Shown: positions 63,618-64,000 of the stretch, in pieces
How positions within the stretch are numbered: the first letter of the stretch is position 1
Layout of the letters: every line of letters starts with the position of its first letter
Assembly: GCA_963820525.1 (NCBI GenBank)
Contig: CAWGAA010000001.1
Span: 2,144,001-2,208,000, forward strand
Source of the DNA: an uncultured Spirochaetota bacterium
GTDB lineage: Bacteria > Spirochaetota > Spirochaetia > SZUA-6 > Fen-1364
DNA length: 64,000 bases
Direction of reading: 5' to 3'
Program-made: the position numbers and the translations under genes
The notes under the pieces: generated by a model
The model's database searches: none
The model's input: the letters and a program-made list of their open reading frames with translations, nothing else
What the model was told of the DNA's origin: nothing

Positions 63618-64000
63618 GCACTCTCCTTCTGCGGGCGCTGCCCGCCGGTCTTCCGCAGCACGCGCGCCGGGTTTCCCGCCACGATGGCTCCGTCCGGAAC
63701 GTCCTTTGTCACGACGCTCCCGGCCCCGACGAGGCTCCCCTCGCCAATCGTCACTCCCGCAAGGATCGTCGCGCTGGAGCCGATGGCTGCTCCCTTTTTC
63801 ACGAGCGTGGGCACGCAGACCCAGTCGGCCTTGCCCGCCAGCTCCCCCTGGCCGTTCGTGGCCCGGGGAAACAGGTCATTGATGAAGGTTACGTTGTGAC
63901 CCACGAAGACGCCGTCCTCGATTGTCACCCCTTCGCAGATGAAGGTGTGGCTGGAGATCTTGCAGTTCCTGCCAATTGTTGCGCCCTTCTGCACCTCCAC
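63614..64000 (-). CDS. Hexapeptide-repeat sugar N-acetyltransferase (WbpD-like); 5'-truncated by window edge
   Basis: [48 protein letters not shown]. Confidence 0.92.
   Translation of the reverse strand: MEVQKGATIGRNCKISSHTFICEGVTIEDGVFVGHNVTFINDLFPRATNGQGELAGKADWVCVPTLVKKGAAIGSSATILAGVTIGEGSLVGAGSVVTKDVPDGAIVAGNPARVLRKTGGQRPQKESA

Overview
High-GC (roughly 65% by eye) bacterial window, most consistent with a free-living Spirochaetota genome (archaeal-type PheRS, spirochaete-style lipoproteins). No rRNA, tRNA, CRISPR array or mobile element was seen. (i) 1-11.9 kb: a partial hybrid histidine kinase, then a 12-gene operon for a complex-I-like, energy-converting group 4 [NiFe]-hydrogenase. It has three antiporter-like subunits, NuoJ/K/A/B/C/D/H/I-like subunits and a HycI protease. 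(ii) 12-22 kb: housekeeping genes (GNAT, DUF2917, Lrp, HD protein, TIGR00300 ornithine cyclodeaminase-like, pheST, CMD, DUF355, VanZ, DMT). (iii) 22-29 kb: a sigma54 enhancer-binding protein, a sigma54 promoter, two paralogous Ig-rich lipoproteins, and an ATP-grasp/flavoprotein pair. (iv) 28.8-64 kb: a large minus-strand Wzx/Wzy surface-polysaccharide locus. Two observations stand out, both hypotheses. First, the distal end of the polysaccharide operon interleaves hemA, hemB (with an altered A-side pocket) and hemL with an adenylate-forming ligase, a glycosyltransferase, a beta-propeller and a short UbiD plus UbiX, with no hemC/hemD in the window. This suggests an undescribed 5-aminolevulinate/pyrrole-derived glycan-tailoring pathway. 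Second, a secreted beta-helix protein ends in an orphan FN3 A-strand (PPAPPTGLRVK), while a lipoprotein ends in an FN3 domain lacking that strand. Both transcription units have near-identical sigma54 promoters, suggesting a co-regulated donor-strand-complementation surface anchoring system. Two single-base insertions (hydrogenase large subunit, pheS) are probably sequencing errors.
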